Assembly (NCBI GenBank): GCA_963666515.2
Contig: OY762897.2
Span: forward strand, 3,264,001 to 3,328,000
Direction of reading: 5' to 3'
Source of the DNA: Candidatus Binatia bacterium
Lineage (GTDB): Bacteria > Desulfobacterota > Binatia > UBA9968 > JAJDTQ01
DNA: 64,000 nucleotides
Positions 47,096 to 56,295 of this stretch are shown one piece after another. Position numbers and translations under genes: made by a program. Numbering within the stretch: the stretch's first letter is position 1; each line of letters starts with the position of its first letter. The notes below the pieces were generated by a model, which was given only the letters and a program-made list of their open reading frames with translations, searched no databases and was not told the origin of the DNA.

Positions 47096-48478
47096 CTAGA
47101 ACTTGTATTCGATGACGAAAGTGAAGACGTTGAAAGAGTCCTTGCCGTCTTCGGTTATCACGTCCTTGAAGTTCTGGCCGGGGCAGGCGCCCTCACAACC
47201 GAAGGTATCCCACACACCGTGGATCTGCATCCAACCGCCGGGAACGTTGTAGACAACCGCCACTCCGGTGTTGGTCACGTCGGAGCTGTCGCCCGCATAT
47301 TCGACCTCGGCCGCGCTGTAGAGCGGAGCTATGTAGACACCGCCTTCACCCTTGCTTCCACCCATAATGCCGCTCTTGGGCCCCCACAGCCATACCCGTG
47401 CCGCAAGCCGAATGTCCGAAGCTTCGACATCGACGCCGCCGCCCGGATCCCTCTCATAGGTAGCGTAATTGGCGGAGAGCGACAGCCAGTTCAACGGGGA
47501 CCACCCCAAGCCGTGGGACATATACGTGATGTCATAGTTAGTGCCCGCCGTCCCCTCGATATCGATCAAGGTCGCCCTTTTCGCCAAGTTGGGGGTACGG
47601 GCTCTCACACGGACCGCATCATCAAAGGTCTTGCCATCGGAATGAGCCAATTGATCGGTATAGGCTGTGTAACCCACGCTGTACGAAAGGCTCGATACGG
47701 CGAGGCCGCCCATTTCCTTGGCATTTGCGAGAGGCTTCAGACCCAGCGCGAAACTTACGCTATTGCCGCTCTCTCCGGCCTCTGCTGCTTCGTTCTTACC
47801 GTCCTGGCCCCACGCCAGTTGCAGGTGACTGATCTTGGAAATACCCATACCGGGCAACTTCTTCCAGGACAGCACGAAACTTCCGTCTTGCTGTCCGCCG
47901 ATTCCCAAGCCATCCAGAAGCGGGCTGTCTTCCGTACGGAAAGCGCCTGCCTGCGTATTGCCACTAAAGGACGGACTGTAGCCCCAGCCGAAGCTCGGGA
48001 GCCACGGGCTCATCTTGTCGAAATTGATGTATCCGTCGCCACCGAAGCTGGTGCCAGTGCCACCCTCGTTGAGAAGCCAAGTGACCGCGTAGAACCCCTG
48101 CTGGGACGTGACGTTGATCGTCGGCCGAAAACGCCGCACGCGAAGCTCCAGGTTCTGGTAGCCCTTCTCTTTATTCTCGTTGCTCAGCCATACGCTGTGG
48201 TAGACCTGCAGCCTCTGCGTGAAACGGATGCTCCAGTTGTTGTCCGCCGCGGCGATCGTCAGACCACCACCCGGCTTATACTTGAACGACGGCCCCTTCA
48301 TCTCGGCGGCCAGTGCACTCTCCTGGTTCTGCTTCAGTTGCGCCAGTTCCCGTTCCAGGGCCTGGATCCGCGTGTCCACGTCAGACGCCTGGACCGGCGA
48401 TGCCGCCAGCGCGAGGGCTCCCGTCAAGACCACGGCGCTTGCGAGACCGAGCGCCCTTTTCAGAAACACCATATTCAT
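47096..48478 (-). CDS. Outer-membrane beta-barrel porin-like protein, copy A
   Basis: Strong SD AAGGAGGAGG, signal peptide (VQA), coiled coil, ELRVRRFRP (OprO/P-like), alternating beta strands, C-terminal IEYKF. Confidence 0.8.
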   Translation of the reverse strand: MNMVFLKRALGLASAVVLTGALALAASPVQASDVDTRIQALERELAQLKQNQESALAAEMKGPSFKYKPGGGLTIAAADNNWSIRFTQRLQVYHSVWLSNENKEKGYQNLELRVRRFRPTINVTSQQGFYAVTWLLNEGGTGTSFGGDGYINFDKMSPWLPSFGWGYSPSFSGNTQAGAFRTEDSPLLDGLGIGGQQDGSFVLSWKKLPGMGISKISHLQLAWGQDGKNEAAEAGESGNSVSFALGLKPLANAKEMGGLAVSSLSYSVGYTAYTDQLAHSDGKTFDDAVRVRARTPNLAKRATLIDIEGTAGTNYDITYMSHGLGWSPLNWLSLSANYATYERDPGGGVDVEASDIRLAARVWLWGPKSGIMGGSKGEGGVYIAPLYSAAEVEYAGDSSDVTNTGVAVVYNVPGGWMQIHGVWDTFGCEGACPGQNFKDVITEDGKDSFNVFTFVIEYKF

Positions 48479-48505
48479 GACCTCCTCCTTGGTAATCAGA
48501 GTTAT
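48042..48505. repeat. Left arm of 464-bp perfect inverted repeat
   Basis: Reverse complement of 48735-49198, compared line by line. Confidence 0.92.
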
Positions 48506-48627
48506 TGCAAACAGCGAATCTGCTTTACGCTTTCTACGTTTTTGGCGGTTTCTGTGCAATTGTACATAAGTATGCTTTTCTATCAACGAAAGGGGGCATA
48601 CGTTAACTAAGTAGTACTTGAGTATTA

Positions 48628-48656
48628 AATCTTGGGGCGAATCTGAGAGTTGTCAA
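48628..48656 (-). promoter_or_regulatory. Putative sigma70 promoter pointing at porin copy A
   Basis: TTGACA-17-AAGATT on the minus strand in the AT-rich spacer; -10 is weak. Confidence 0.5.
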
Positions 48657-48734
48657 CAACGACATGAGCCCACAACCCCCACATCTTCCCTGACCCTTCT
48701 CCGCCTGGGCACCACACGAGACCCGAAGAACGCC

Positions 48735-49198
48735 ATAACTCTGATTACCAAGGAGGAGGTCATGAATATGGTGTTTCTGAAAAGGGCGCTCGGTCTCGCA
48801 AGCGCCGTGGTCTTGACGGGAGCCCTCGCGCTGGCGGCATCGCCGGTCCAGGCGTCTGACGTGGACACGCGGATCCAGGCCCTGGAACGGGAACTGGCGC
48901 AACTGAAGCAGAACCAGGAGAGTGCACTGGCCGCCGAGATGAAGGGGCCGTCGTTCAAGTATAAGCCGGGTGGTGGTCTGACGATCGCCGCGGCGGACAA
49001 CAACTGGAGCATCCGTTTCACGCAGAGGCTGCAGGTCTACCACAGCGTATGGCTGAGCAACGAGAATAAAGAGAAGGGCTACCAGAACCTGGAGCTTCGC
49101 GTGCGGCGTTTTCGGCCGACGATCAACGTCACGTCCCAGCAGGGGTTCTACGCGGTCACTTGGCTTCTCAACGAGGGTGGCACTGGCACCAGCTTCGG
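48735..49198. repeat. Right arm of 464-bp perfect inverted repeat
   Basis: Starts 27 nt upstream of the ATG; first mismatch at 49199/48041. Confidence 0.92.
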
Positions 49199-50099
49199 CG
49201 GCGACGGATACATCAACTTCGACAAGTTGAACCCGTGGCTCCCGAGCTTCGGTTGGGGCGCCAGTCCGAGCTTGGACGTTGATACGCAGGCAGGCGCTTT
49301 CCGTACTGAAGACAGCCCGCTTACGAGTGCCTTGGGCATGGGCGGAGGGCAAGACGGGAGTTTCGTGCTATCCTGGAAGAAGTTGCCGGGTATGGGTATT
49401 TCCAAGATCACCCACCTGCAAGTGGCGGTGGGCCAGGACAATCAGGAAGAATGGAAAGCGGGAGACGACGGCAATAACGTAGGTTTCGCGCTGGGTCTGG
49501 AGCCTCTCGCAAATGCCAAGGAAATGGGCGGCTTCGCCGTATCGAGCCTTTCGTACAGCTTCGGTTACCAGGCCCATACCGACACGTTGTCCTCTGTGGA
49601 AGTCGTAGCCCCCAACTTGGCGCACAAGCCGATGTTGATCAATATCGACGAGGTGAACGCCGACACCACGTATATGTCCCACGGCTTGGGGTGGTCCCCG
49701 TTGAACTGGCTGTCGCTCTCCGCCAATTACGCTACCTATGAGAGGGATCCGGGCGGCGGCGTCGATGTCGAAGCTTCGGACATTCGGCTTGCGGCACAGG
49801 TATGGCTGTGGGGGCCCACGAGCGGCATTATGGGTGGAAGCAAGTCTGAAGGCGGTATCTCCATAGCTCCGCTCTACAACGTGGCCGATATCGACTTTGA
49901 CGGCGGAAACTCCGAGGTAACCAACACCGGAGTGGCGGTCGTCTACAACGTTCCCGGCGGTTGGATGCAGATCCACGGTGTGTGGGATACCTTCGGTTGT
50001 GAGGGCGCCTGCCCCGGCCAGAAATTCAAGGACGTCATAACCGAAGACGGCAAGGACTCTTTCAACGTCTTCACTTTCGTCATCGAATACAAGTTCTAG
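48762..50099 (+). CDS. Outer-membrane beta-barrel porin-like protein, copy B
   Basis: Paralogue of copy A: identical N-terminal third, divergent internal loops, C-terminal IEYKF. Confidence 0.8.
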   Translation: MNMVFLKRALGLASAVVLTGALALAASPVQASDVDTRIQALERELAQLKQNQESALAAEMKGPSFKYKPGGGLTIAAADNNWSIRFTQRLQVYHSVWLSNENKEKGYQNLELRVRRFRPTINVTSQQGFYAVTWLLNEGGTGTSFGGDGYINFDKLNPWLPSFGWGASPSLDVDTQAGAFRTEDSPLTSALGMGGGQDGSFVLSWKKLPGMGISKITHLQVAVGQDNQEEWKAGDDGNNVGFALGLEPLANAKEMGGFAVSSLSYSFGYQAHTDTLSSVEVVAPNLAHKPMLINIDEVNADTTYMSHGLGWSPLNWLSLSANYATYERDPGGGVDVEASDIRLAAQVWLWGPTSGIMGGSKSEGGISIAPLYNVADIDFDGGNSEVTNTGVAVVYNVPGGWMQIHGVWDTFGCEGACPGQKFKDVITEDGKDSFNVFTFVIEYKF

Positions 50100-50117
50100 C
50101 AGTTTATCCCGCACCGC

Positions 50118-50159
50118 AAAAAAAGGGGGCCGTTCCACCTTCGGAACGGCCCCTTTTTT
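50118..50159. terminator. Bidirectional-type intrinsic terminator after porin copy B
   Basis: A7-GGGGGCCGTTCC / GGAACGGCCCC-T6. Confidence 0.88.
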
Positions 50160-50315
50160 GGTGCCGGTCCGACCGTTTGTTCAACAATATTTGTTTTGTC
50201 AAACTCCCTCCCGAACACGACTCCTCGCGTTGAGAGCAATCCCCCCGCACCGTTTTCCCCAAGGCGCACCCTCCCGGAATGCAGGGAATGTGTCGGTATC
50301 CAATGAGCTTCCACA

Positions 50316-51272
50316 ATGACTACCGAATCCGACATTCACAACCTCGTCCTGTCATCGGCGGTTGCGCCCAACACGCGACTGGCCTACCGCAAGGGCTGGA
50401 ACTGCTTCACCGCGTATTGCGCGAAGGAACGGATCGCCGACCCGCTATCCGCCTCTCCGGAGACGGTCGCCCGCTTTCTTCTGGACTGCGCCACGCGGCC
50501 CCGTTCGGAACGAGGCACACCGTTGTCCATGGGAACGGTCTTCCTCTACAGCAGTGCCATTGCCAAACGATTCACCGACGCCGGAAGGACCGCACCCACC
50601 CATCACCCCACCGTCCGGGCGACGCTCAAGGGTCTAAGCCGTCTGAGGGGCACGGCCCCGCGGCGGGTCAAGGCATTGCGCGAGGGGCACGTGAGGGCGA
50701 TGATCGCCCAGTGTCCGAACTCGGTGATCGGGACGCGCGACGCCGCGGTCCTCGCGCTCGGTTTCGCCGCCGCCCTGCGCCGGTCCGAGATCTGTGCGCT
50801 GCACGTCGACGACGTGACCATCCTGTCGCCGCCTCAGGAACACCCCCGGCGGATGTTGCTCAGCATCCGCCGATCCAAGACCGATCCAAACGGCAAGGGT
50901 CAACCGATCGCCGTCCCGGAAGGCAAGACGGTCAAGCCCATCGACTGGGTGCAGGCGTGGCTGGCGGTATCGGGCATCACGCACGGACCGCTGTTCCGGA
51001 CCATGAAACGGGGCGGGGCGGTGCAGGAGAGACCGCTGCATCATTCCGATGTCCCGCGCCTGGTCAAGCGCTACGCAGCATTGATCGGGCTGGACCCGAA
51101 AGAGTTGTCCGGGCATTCCCTGCGGGCGGGCTTCGTCACCAGCGCCGCGGCGCACCATGCCCGGCTCGACAAGATCATGGCGGTCACCCGCCATACCAAC
51201 CCAGCCACGGTCATGGAATACATCCGTGACGCCGATGCGTTCTGCGATCACGCGGGTAGCGCATTTCTGTAA
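50316..51272 (+). CDS. Tyrosine recombinase, Cre-like
   Basis: NTRLAY..GW..F SAM-like domain; RDAA..LRRSEI, RSKTD, GHSLRAGF, TRH...MEY catalytic set. Confidence 0.92.
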   Translation: MTTESDIHNLVLSSAVAPNTRLAYRKGWNCFTAYCAKERIADPLSASPETVARFLLDCATRPRSERGTPLSMGTVFLYSSAIAKRFTDAGRTAPTHHPTVRATLKGLSRLRGTAPRRVKALREGHVRAMIAQCPNSVIGTRDAAVLALGFAAALRRSEICALHVDDVTILSPPQEHPRRMLLSIRRSKTDPNGKGQPIAVPEGKTVKPIDWVQAWLAVSGITHGPLFRTMKRGGAVQERPLHHSDVPRLVKRYAALIGLDPKELSGHSLRAGFVTSAAAHHARLDKIMAVTRHTNPATVMEYIRDADAFCDHAGSAFL

Positions 51273-51275
51273 TGT

Positions 51276-51323
51276 GCGTCCTTCGACTTCGCCTGTCCTG
51301 AGCCTGTCGAAGGGCTCAGGACG
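51276..51323. repeat. REP-like repeat with nested inverted unit
   Basis: GCGTCCTTCGACTTCGC-[CTGTCCTGAGCCTGTCGAAGG]-GCTCAGGACG directly after the recombinase stop. Confidence 0.75.
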
Positions 51324-51371
51324 AGCGGGTTGGTTGACATCGGGGCTGCCGGGAAGAAATAGTGTCACTTC

Positions 51372-52091
51372 ATGGCCGAGCCCATCAGGATAGTGCTGGC
51401 GGATGATCACGCCCTGTTTCGGGAGGGCTTGAAGGGCCTCCTGGCGCGGGAACGCGACCTGCTGGTGACCGCGGAGGCGGCGCGGGCGGAGGAGGTGGAA
51501 CCCGCGGTGGTGAAGGGCAACGGCGACGTGCTGCTGCTGGACCTCCGGATGCCGGGAGGGGAAGCGGTCCAGACGCTCCTGCAACTCAGGGAAAGCCGTC
51601 CGGAGACCCGGACGATGATCCTCACCGCGTACGAGGACGCGGACAGCATCGTCAACACGGCCAAGGCCGGCGCCCGCGGCTACCTCTTGAAGGACGTGGC
51701 CGCGGAGACGCTGTTCCAGGCGGTGCGCAACGTCCACGGCGGCGGCGTGTGGATCGACCGGAACCTGCCCCGGGCCGGCGATTTCGCCGCCATTGCCGCC
51801 CAGTCCAACGCCGATCCGCCGGGGGACGAGGCGGACGGGATACAGAGCCTGACCCGCCGCGAGATGGAGGTCCTGAAGCTCCTGGCCGAGGGGCTCAGCA
51901 ACGACGAGATCGCCGCCAGCACGTTCATCAGCGAGCGCACGGTCAAGGCCCACGTCACCAGCATCTTTTCCAAGCTCAAGGTCAACAACCGCGTCAAGGC
52001 CGCTCTGGCGCTCATCCGGAGAGGCCCGGCGCCACCTTCTCCCGTTGCCGCCCCCGCGCCTCGACGATCCCGCGCAACAGCGAAGCCATGA
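51372..52091 (+). CDS. NarL/LuxR-family response regulator
   Basis: LADDH, LLDLRMP, GYLLKD, LTRREMEVL..LAEGLSN..IA, TVKAHV. Confidence 0.93.
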   Translation: MAEPIRIVLADDHALFREGLKGLLARERDLLVTAEAARAEEVEPAVVKGNGDVLLLDLRMPGGEAVQTLLQLRESRPETRTMILTAYEDADSIVNTAKAGARGYLLKDVAAETLFQAVRNVHGGGVWIDRNLPRAGDFAAIAAQSNADPPGDEADGIQSLTRREMEVLKLLAEGLSNDEIAASTFISERTVKAHVTSIFSKLKVNNRVKAALALIRRGPAPPSPVAAPAPRRSRATAKP

Positions 52092-53368
52092 TGCCGACCC
52101 ACCGCCGCACCGTCCTCGCCTGGTGCCTCTACGACTTCGCCAATTCGGCCTTCACCACCCTGGTGGTCACGTTCATCTACTCGGCGTTCTTCACCAAGGT
52201 CATCGCCCCGGACGAGATGACGGGCACGTGGCTGTGGTCCCGGAGCGTCAGCATCACCGCCATCGCTGTGGCCCTGCTGTCGCCGCTTCTCGGCGCCCTG
52301 GCCGACCGGGGCGGCTACCGCAAGCGCTTCCTGGGGTTCTTCACCCTGGTCGCGGTAGCCGGGTCGGCCGTCCTCTACACGGCCGCGCCAGGGGAAGTGG
52401 TCAAGGCGCTGCTCTGGTTCACGGCAGCCAACATCGCCTTCGAGATGTGCGGCGTGTTCTACAACGCTTTTCTGCCGGACGTGGCGCCGCCGGACCGGAT
52501 CGGGCGCGTCTCGGGTTACGGCTGGGCCCTGGGCTACGTCGGCGGCCTGTCCGCCCTGGGGCTGGCCCTGGTGGGGTTCGTCGACGCCGAGGTCCCGTGG
52601 TTCGGCTTCGAGAAGGAGGGCTACCAGCACATCCGCGCCACCAACCTGCTGGTGGCAGGCTGGTTCGCCGTCTTCAGCCTGCCACTGTTCCTGTGGGTGC
52701 CGGAAAGCGCGGCCCGACCCGGCGTCTCCGGCTCGCTTCTGTCCGACCCCTTCCGGCGCTTGGCCCGCACCATCCGTGAGATCCGGCGCTATCCCGACAT
52801 CTTCCGCCTGTTGCTCGCCCGCCTCTTCTACGCCGACGGCCTCAACACGGTCTTCGCCTTCGGCGGGATCTACGCGGCCGGCACCTTCGGCTTCACCTTC
52901 GAGGAACTGCTGGTCTTCGGCCTGGTGCTCAACGTGGCCGCGGGCATCGGCGCCTTCGCCCTGGGGTTCGTGGACGACTGGCTGGGCGGCAAGCGCACCG
53001 TACAGATCAGCCTGCTGGGCTTCATCGCCGCCACCCTGACCGCGGTGCTCACCGGCCGGCGCGCTCTCTTCTGGACCGCCGGCATCCTCAGCGGCATCTG
53101 CGCCGGGCCCAACCAGGCGGCGAGCCGCTCGCTCATGGGCCGTTTCGTGCCCGCGCACAAGCAGAACGAGTTCTACGGCCTGTTCGCCTTCTCCGGCAGG
53201 GCCACGGCCTTTCTGGGCCCCTTTCTGCTGGGCGAGTTGACGCGCCTGTTCGGCTCGCAACGCGCCGGCATGACGGTGGTGCTGGTCTTCTTCGTCATCG
53301 GCCTCGCGCTGTTGCAGCGGGTGGACGAGGAGCGCGGAAAGCAGCCCGAGAACGGGACAGGAGATTAG
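52088..53368 (+). CDS. MFS transporter (UMF1/ATG22-like)
   Basis: WCLYDFANSAF, FYNAFLP, GWALGYVGG, QAASRSL, EFYGLF; about 12 TM. Confidence 0.9.
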   Translation: MMPTHRRTVLAWCLYDFANSAFTTLVVTFIYSAFFTKVIAPDEMTGTWLWSRSVSITAIAVALLSPLLGALADRGGYRKRFLGFFTLVAVAGSAVLYTAAPGEVVKALLWFTAANIAFEMCGVFYNAFLPDVAPPDRIGRVSGYGWALGYVGGLSALGLALVGFVDAEVPWFGFEKEGYQHIRATNLLVAGWFAVFSLPLFLWVPESAARPGVSGSLLSDPFRRLARTIREIRRYPDIFRLLLARLFYADGLNTVFAFGGIYAAGTFGFTFEELLVFGLVLNVAAGIGAFALGFVDDWLGGKRTVQISLLGFIAATLTAVLTGRRALFWTAGILSGICAGPNQAASRSLMGRFVPAHKQNEFYGLFAFSGRATAFLGPFLLGELTRLFGSQRAGMTVVLVFFVIGLALLQRVDEERGKQPENGTGD

Positions 53369-54099
53369 TGCTCACGCAGGAGCCTGCCGTAGCCCTCGAT
53401 ACGGTCCTGGATGCCCAGCGTGCGTAGCGCCCACCACAGGATGGCCTGGCTTCCCTGGACGACGTTGACGTCCAGTTCCTGCTCCAGCGTTTCGATGACG
53501 GCTCCGGTGGCCCAGTGGGGGGAGCCCAGGTGGATGGTGTCGATCTCCGGGTGTTCCTGCTTGAGCTCCCGGGCGAGTTGCAGGGGCACCTCGGAAGGAA
53601 TGGCGCCGACCTCGATGAACGGCACGCCGGCGAACTTCTGGCCCACCAGCGCGGTCTTGTCCGGGTCGGTGAAGCGCTCGTTGGGCAGGTGCTCGGAGCT
53701 TCCCGGCGCCGAGGCGTAGGTGACCGAGCCCACCACGCGCGCGCCCAGCGCGGCGTCGGCCTGGTGGTACGCGGTGGTGCTGTTGGTGACCGGGATGCCG
53801 AACTCCTGCTGCAGGTCCCGCATGGTGTCGTGGGCCCGTTGCGAGCCCCCGGAATAGACCACGGGTCCGCCGCCGAAGACGATGATGTCGACCTTGGCGC
53901 GGGCCATCTCCCGGACCGCGCGCACGGCGTGGTTCCAGCTTTCCTGGGCCTCCCCGGATTCGGCCGAGTGCCGGGCCACCATCAGGGTGGTCAGCGCCAG
54001 GGTGACGCCGGGCGGCGCCATCTTGTAGAACTCGCAGGGAAAGACTTCGGTGACGATGGGCGGGGAGGTGTAGCCGATGCGCGCGCGATGGCCGTACAT
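53365..54099 (-). CDS. Maleate isomerase/arylmalonate decarboxylase-like (Asp/Glu racemase superfamily) protein
   Basis: MYGHRARIG, IETLEQELDVNVVQGSQAILWWALR, GYGRLL. Confidence 0.8.
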   Translation of the reverse strand: MYGHRARIGYTSPPIVTEVFPCEFYKMAPPGVTLALTTLMVARHSAESGEAQESWNHAVRAVREMARAKVDIIVFGGGPVVYSGGSQRAHDTMRDLQQEFGIPVTNSTTAYHQADAALGARVVGSVTYASAPGSSEHLPNERFTDPDKTALVGQKFAGVPFIEVGAIPSEVPLQLARELKQEHPEIDTIHLGSPHWATGAVIETLEQELDVNVVQGSQAILWWALRTLGIQDRIEGYGRLLREH

Positions 54100-54188
54100 G
54101 TCTTACCTCCGCTCCTGGGCTGCGGACGGAAAGTCGGGGGTCCCGGCGCCGCGCGGGCGCCGAAACCCTCGACGGATTCAGTGCGGGG

Positions 54189-55181
54189 TTACAGACCCGC
54201 CTTGACCTTCTCGGCCACGTCCGCGGGCACCCACTTCGACCACACCGCCTCGTTGTTCTTCAGGAAGTGCTCAGCGGTCTCACGGGCGTCGGCCTTCTTG
54301 TCGGACTTCCACGCCAGCAGCTTGTTCAACACGCTGTTGGCCCAGGACACGCCTGACACGAACTTGAACGCCTCCGGCTCTCTTTCCGGGAAGTTGCCCA
54401 CCACGTAGGTCAGCACCGCGGACTTCGGGTACATGTTCGGCTTCGGATCGGCGCAGTCCTTGTCGGTGATGCACGCGTAGGTCGCAGGGTCGTGCTTCAT
54501 GCCGCCGAGCTTCACCATCGGGTACTTGCCGAGCACCGAGGTGGGCGCCCAGTAGTAGGTGAAGATGGGTTGCTTCCGCTCGTACGCTTTGGCGATGGCC
54601 GCGGCCAGGCCTGCCCCGGACCCCGGATCGAACAGCGTGAAATTGGCCTTGTCGAGCCCGTACGCCTTGAACAGGTTCTTGTTGATGATCTGGCAGGCCC
54701 AGCCCGAGGGACAGCCGTAGAAGCGGCCCTTGCCGGGCTCTTCCTTGTCCTCGAACAGGTCCGGGCGCTTCATCACCGCCTGCAGCGTGGTGAGATCGGG
54801 GTTTTCCTTGACCACGTAGTCGGGCACCCACCAAGCCTCCTCGCCGCCGTCGCTCAGGATCTCCCCGGCCTTTTTCAGCCGTCCCTCCTTCTCCGCCTTG
54901 GTCACCACCTCCTTCACCGAGTTGAACCAGATCTCCGGGGCGATGTCGGGTTCGCCCTTCTCGGTCATCGACGTCACCGTGGGCACGGTGTCGCCCGGCA
55001 CCAGCTCGGCGTCACATCCGTAACCCTTCTTGAGGATGATGGCCTCGACGTGGGCCGCCACCGCGGCCGAGTCCCAGTTCATCTCGGAGATGGTGACCTT
55101 GCCGCACTTGGCCTGGGCCGACGCGCCCAGAGCCAGCACCAGAAACGCGCCTGCCAGCAAGCCCGCTATTCGCAACTTCAT
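54189..55181 (-). CDS. Glycine betaine/proline-type ABC substrate-binding protein
   Basis: Signal peptide, MNWDSA, PDIAPEIW, GCPSGWAC, YYWAPT; SD AGGAGG. Confidence 0.9.
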   Translation of the reverse strand: MKLRIAGLLAGAFLVLALGASAQAKCGKVTISEMNWDSAAVAAHVEAIILKKGYGCDAELVPGDTVPTVTSMTEKGEPDIAPEIWFNSVKEVVTKAEKEGRLKKAGEILSDGGEEAWWVPDYVVKENPDLTTLQAVMKRPDLFEDKEEPGKGRFYGCPSGWACQIINKNLFKAYGLDKANFTLFDPGSGAGLAAAIAKAYERKQPIFTYYWAPTSVLGKYPMVKLGGMKHDPATYACITDKDCADPKPNMYPKSAVLTYVVGNFPEREPEAFKFVSGVSWANSVLNKLLAWKSDKKADARETAEHFLKNNEAVWSKWVPADVAEKVKAGL

Positions 55182-55284
55182 GTCATGCCTCCTTTTCTCT
55201 CTCCGTCCACGCGGTTCCCGATGGCCCCGGCGCGGACTCCAACCGCCCCCTTGTTTCAGTGCAGGGGATCCATTTATGCGGGGG

Positions 55285-55313
55285 ATTATCTCCCAAGCGG
55301 ACGGGAGTGGCAA
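55285..55313 (-). promoter_or_regulatory. Putative sigma70 promoter of the betaine-binding protein gene
   Basis: TTGCCA-17-GATAAT. Confidence 0.55.
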
Positions 55314-55317
55314 CCCC

Positions 55318-56271
55318 TCAGACCGTCAACCCGCACCCCTCGAACGCCTCCCTGGTGCGCTCCTTCTCTTCCTCGGTAAGCTGGAGGAACGGCGGGCGGG
55401 TGGGGCCGCCGACCTGTCCCAGGAGTTCCTGCCAGTATTTCTGATGAGCATGGGGCTTGCCGCCGGGACGGGACGACGACAAGGCCTCGCGGACGGGGTC
55501 CAGGCTGTCGCGGACCTGGCGGGCCTTCTCGGCCTGGCCGTCGAAGGCGAGTTGGGTGTACTCGTGCATGCGCCGGTCGTTCGCGGTCTGGAGCAGGTAG
55601 GGCGGCGAGGAGCACAGGTAGAGTTGCCAGCCCAGCTCCACGATGTTGTCGAGCCATTCCTCCTCCGAGGCGGTGCTGACGATGAGCCGGTCTCCGGCCA
55701 GCCGGGTCAGGTCGGCGTACATGGGTCGCGGCACCGAGTACTTGATGGCCACGACGTTGGGCAGCTCGGCCATCCGCGCGCACAACTCCGGGCTCATCAG
55801 GTAGCCGGAGTCCGGGTGGCTCCACATGGCGATGCCGATGTCCACCCGGTCGCACACGGCCTTGTAGTAGTTGTAGATCGTGTCGTCCCGGTCGCTGATG
55901 AAGTGCAGCATGGGGGCGTGCACCACGATGTAGTCGGCGCCCACGGCCTCGGCGTGGCGCGCCAGCTCCACCACCGTGTCGAAGTTCTGGTCCGAGCAGG
56001 ACATGATGGTGCCGGCCTTGTCGCCGGTCTCCTCCACGGCGATCTCGAAGTTGCGCTTGCGCTCTTCCAACGACATGGAGAAGAACTCTCCCTGCTTGCC
56101 GGCGATGAACAGCCCCTGGATCGCCAGGTCGTCGATCCAGTGCCGGATGTTGCGCCGCAGCCCTTCCTCGTTGAACGAGAAGTCCTCGTTGAAGGGGTTC
56201 ATGGCCGCGGCCCAGACGCCCTTCATGTTCTCGCGGGCGTAGTCCTTGGCGTCGAGCTTCGAGTATTTCAT
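55318..56271 (-). CDS. DapA/N-acetylneuraminate lyase-family aldolase
   Basis: GKQGEFFSMSLEERK, LARHAEAVGAD, LPNVVAIKYS Schiff-base Lys. Confidence 0.85.
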   Translation of the reverse strand: MKYSKLDAKDYARENMKGVWAAAMNPFNEDFSFNEEGLRRNIRHWIDDLAIQGLFIAGKQGEFFSMSLEERKRNFEIAVEETGDKAGTIMSCSDQNFDTVVELARHAEAVGADYIVVHAPMLHFISDRDDTIYNYYKAVCDRVDIGIAMWSHPDSGYLMSPELCARMAELPNVVAIKYSVPRPMYADLTRLAGDRLIVSTASEEEWLDNIVELGWQLYLCSSPPYLLQTANDRRMHEYTQLAFDGQAEKARQVRDSLDPVREALSSSRPGGKPHAHQKYWQELLGQVGGPTRPPFLQLTEEEKERTREAFEGCGLTV

Positions 56272-56295
56272 GGCGGGTCCGTTCGGCCCCGGCCG

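Noticed and set aside
48506-48734. lox/dif-like recombinase site in the spacer
   Set aside because: Only short palindromes (GTATGC..GCATAC, AGTACT); no paired 13-8-13-type sites found by eye
47096-50099. Diversity-generating retroelement explanation for porin variability
   Set aside because: No reverse transcriptase in the window; differences include indels and are not confined to adenines
55182-55284. Riboswitch upstream of the betaine-binding protein
   Set aside because: Some pairing potential but no consensus I can recognise
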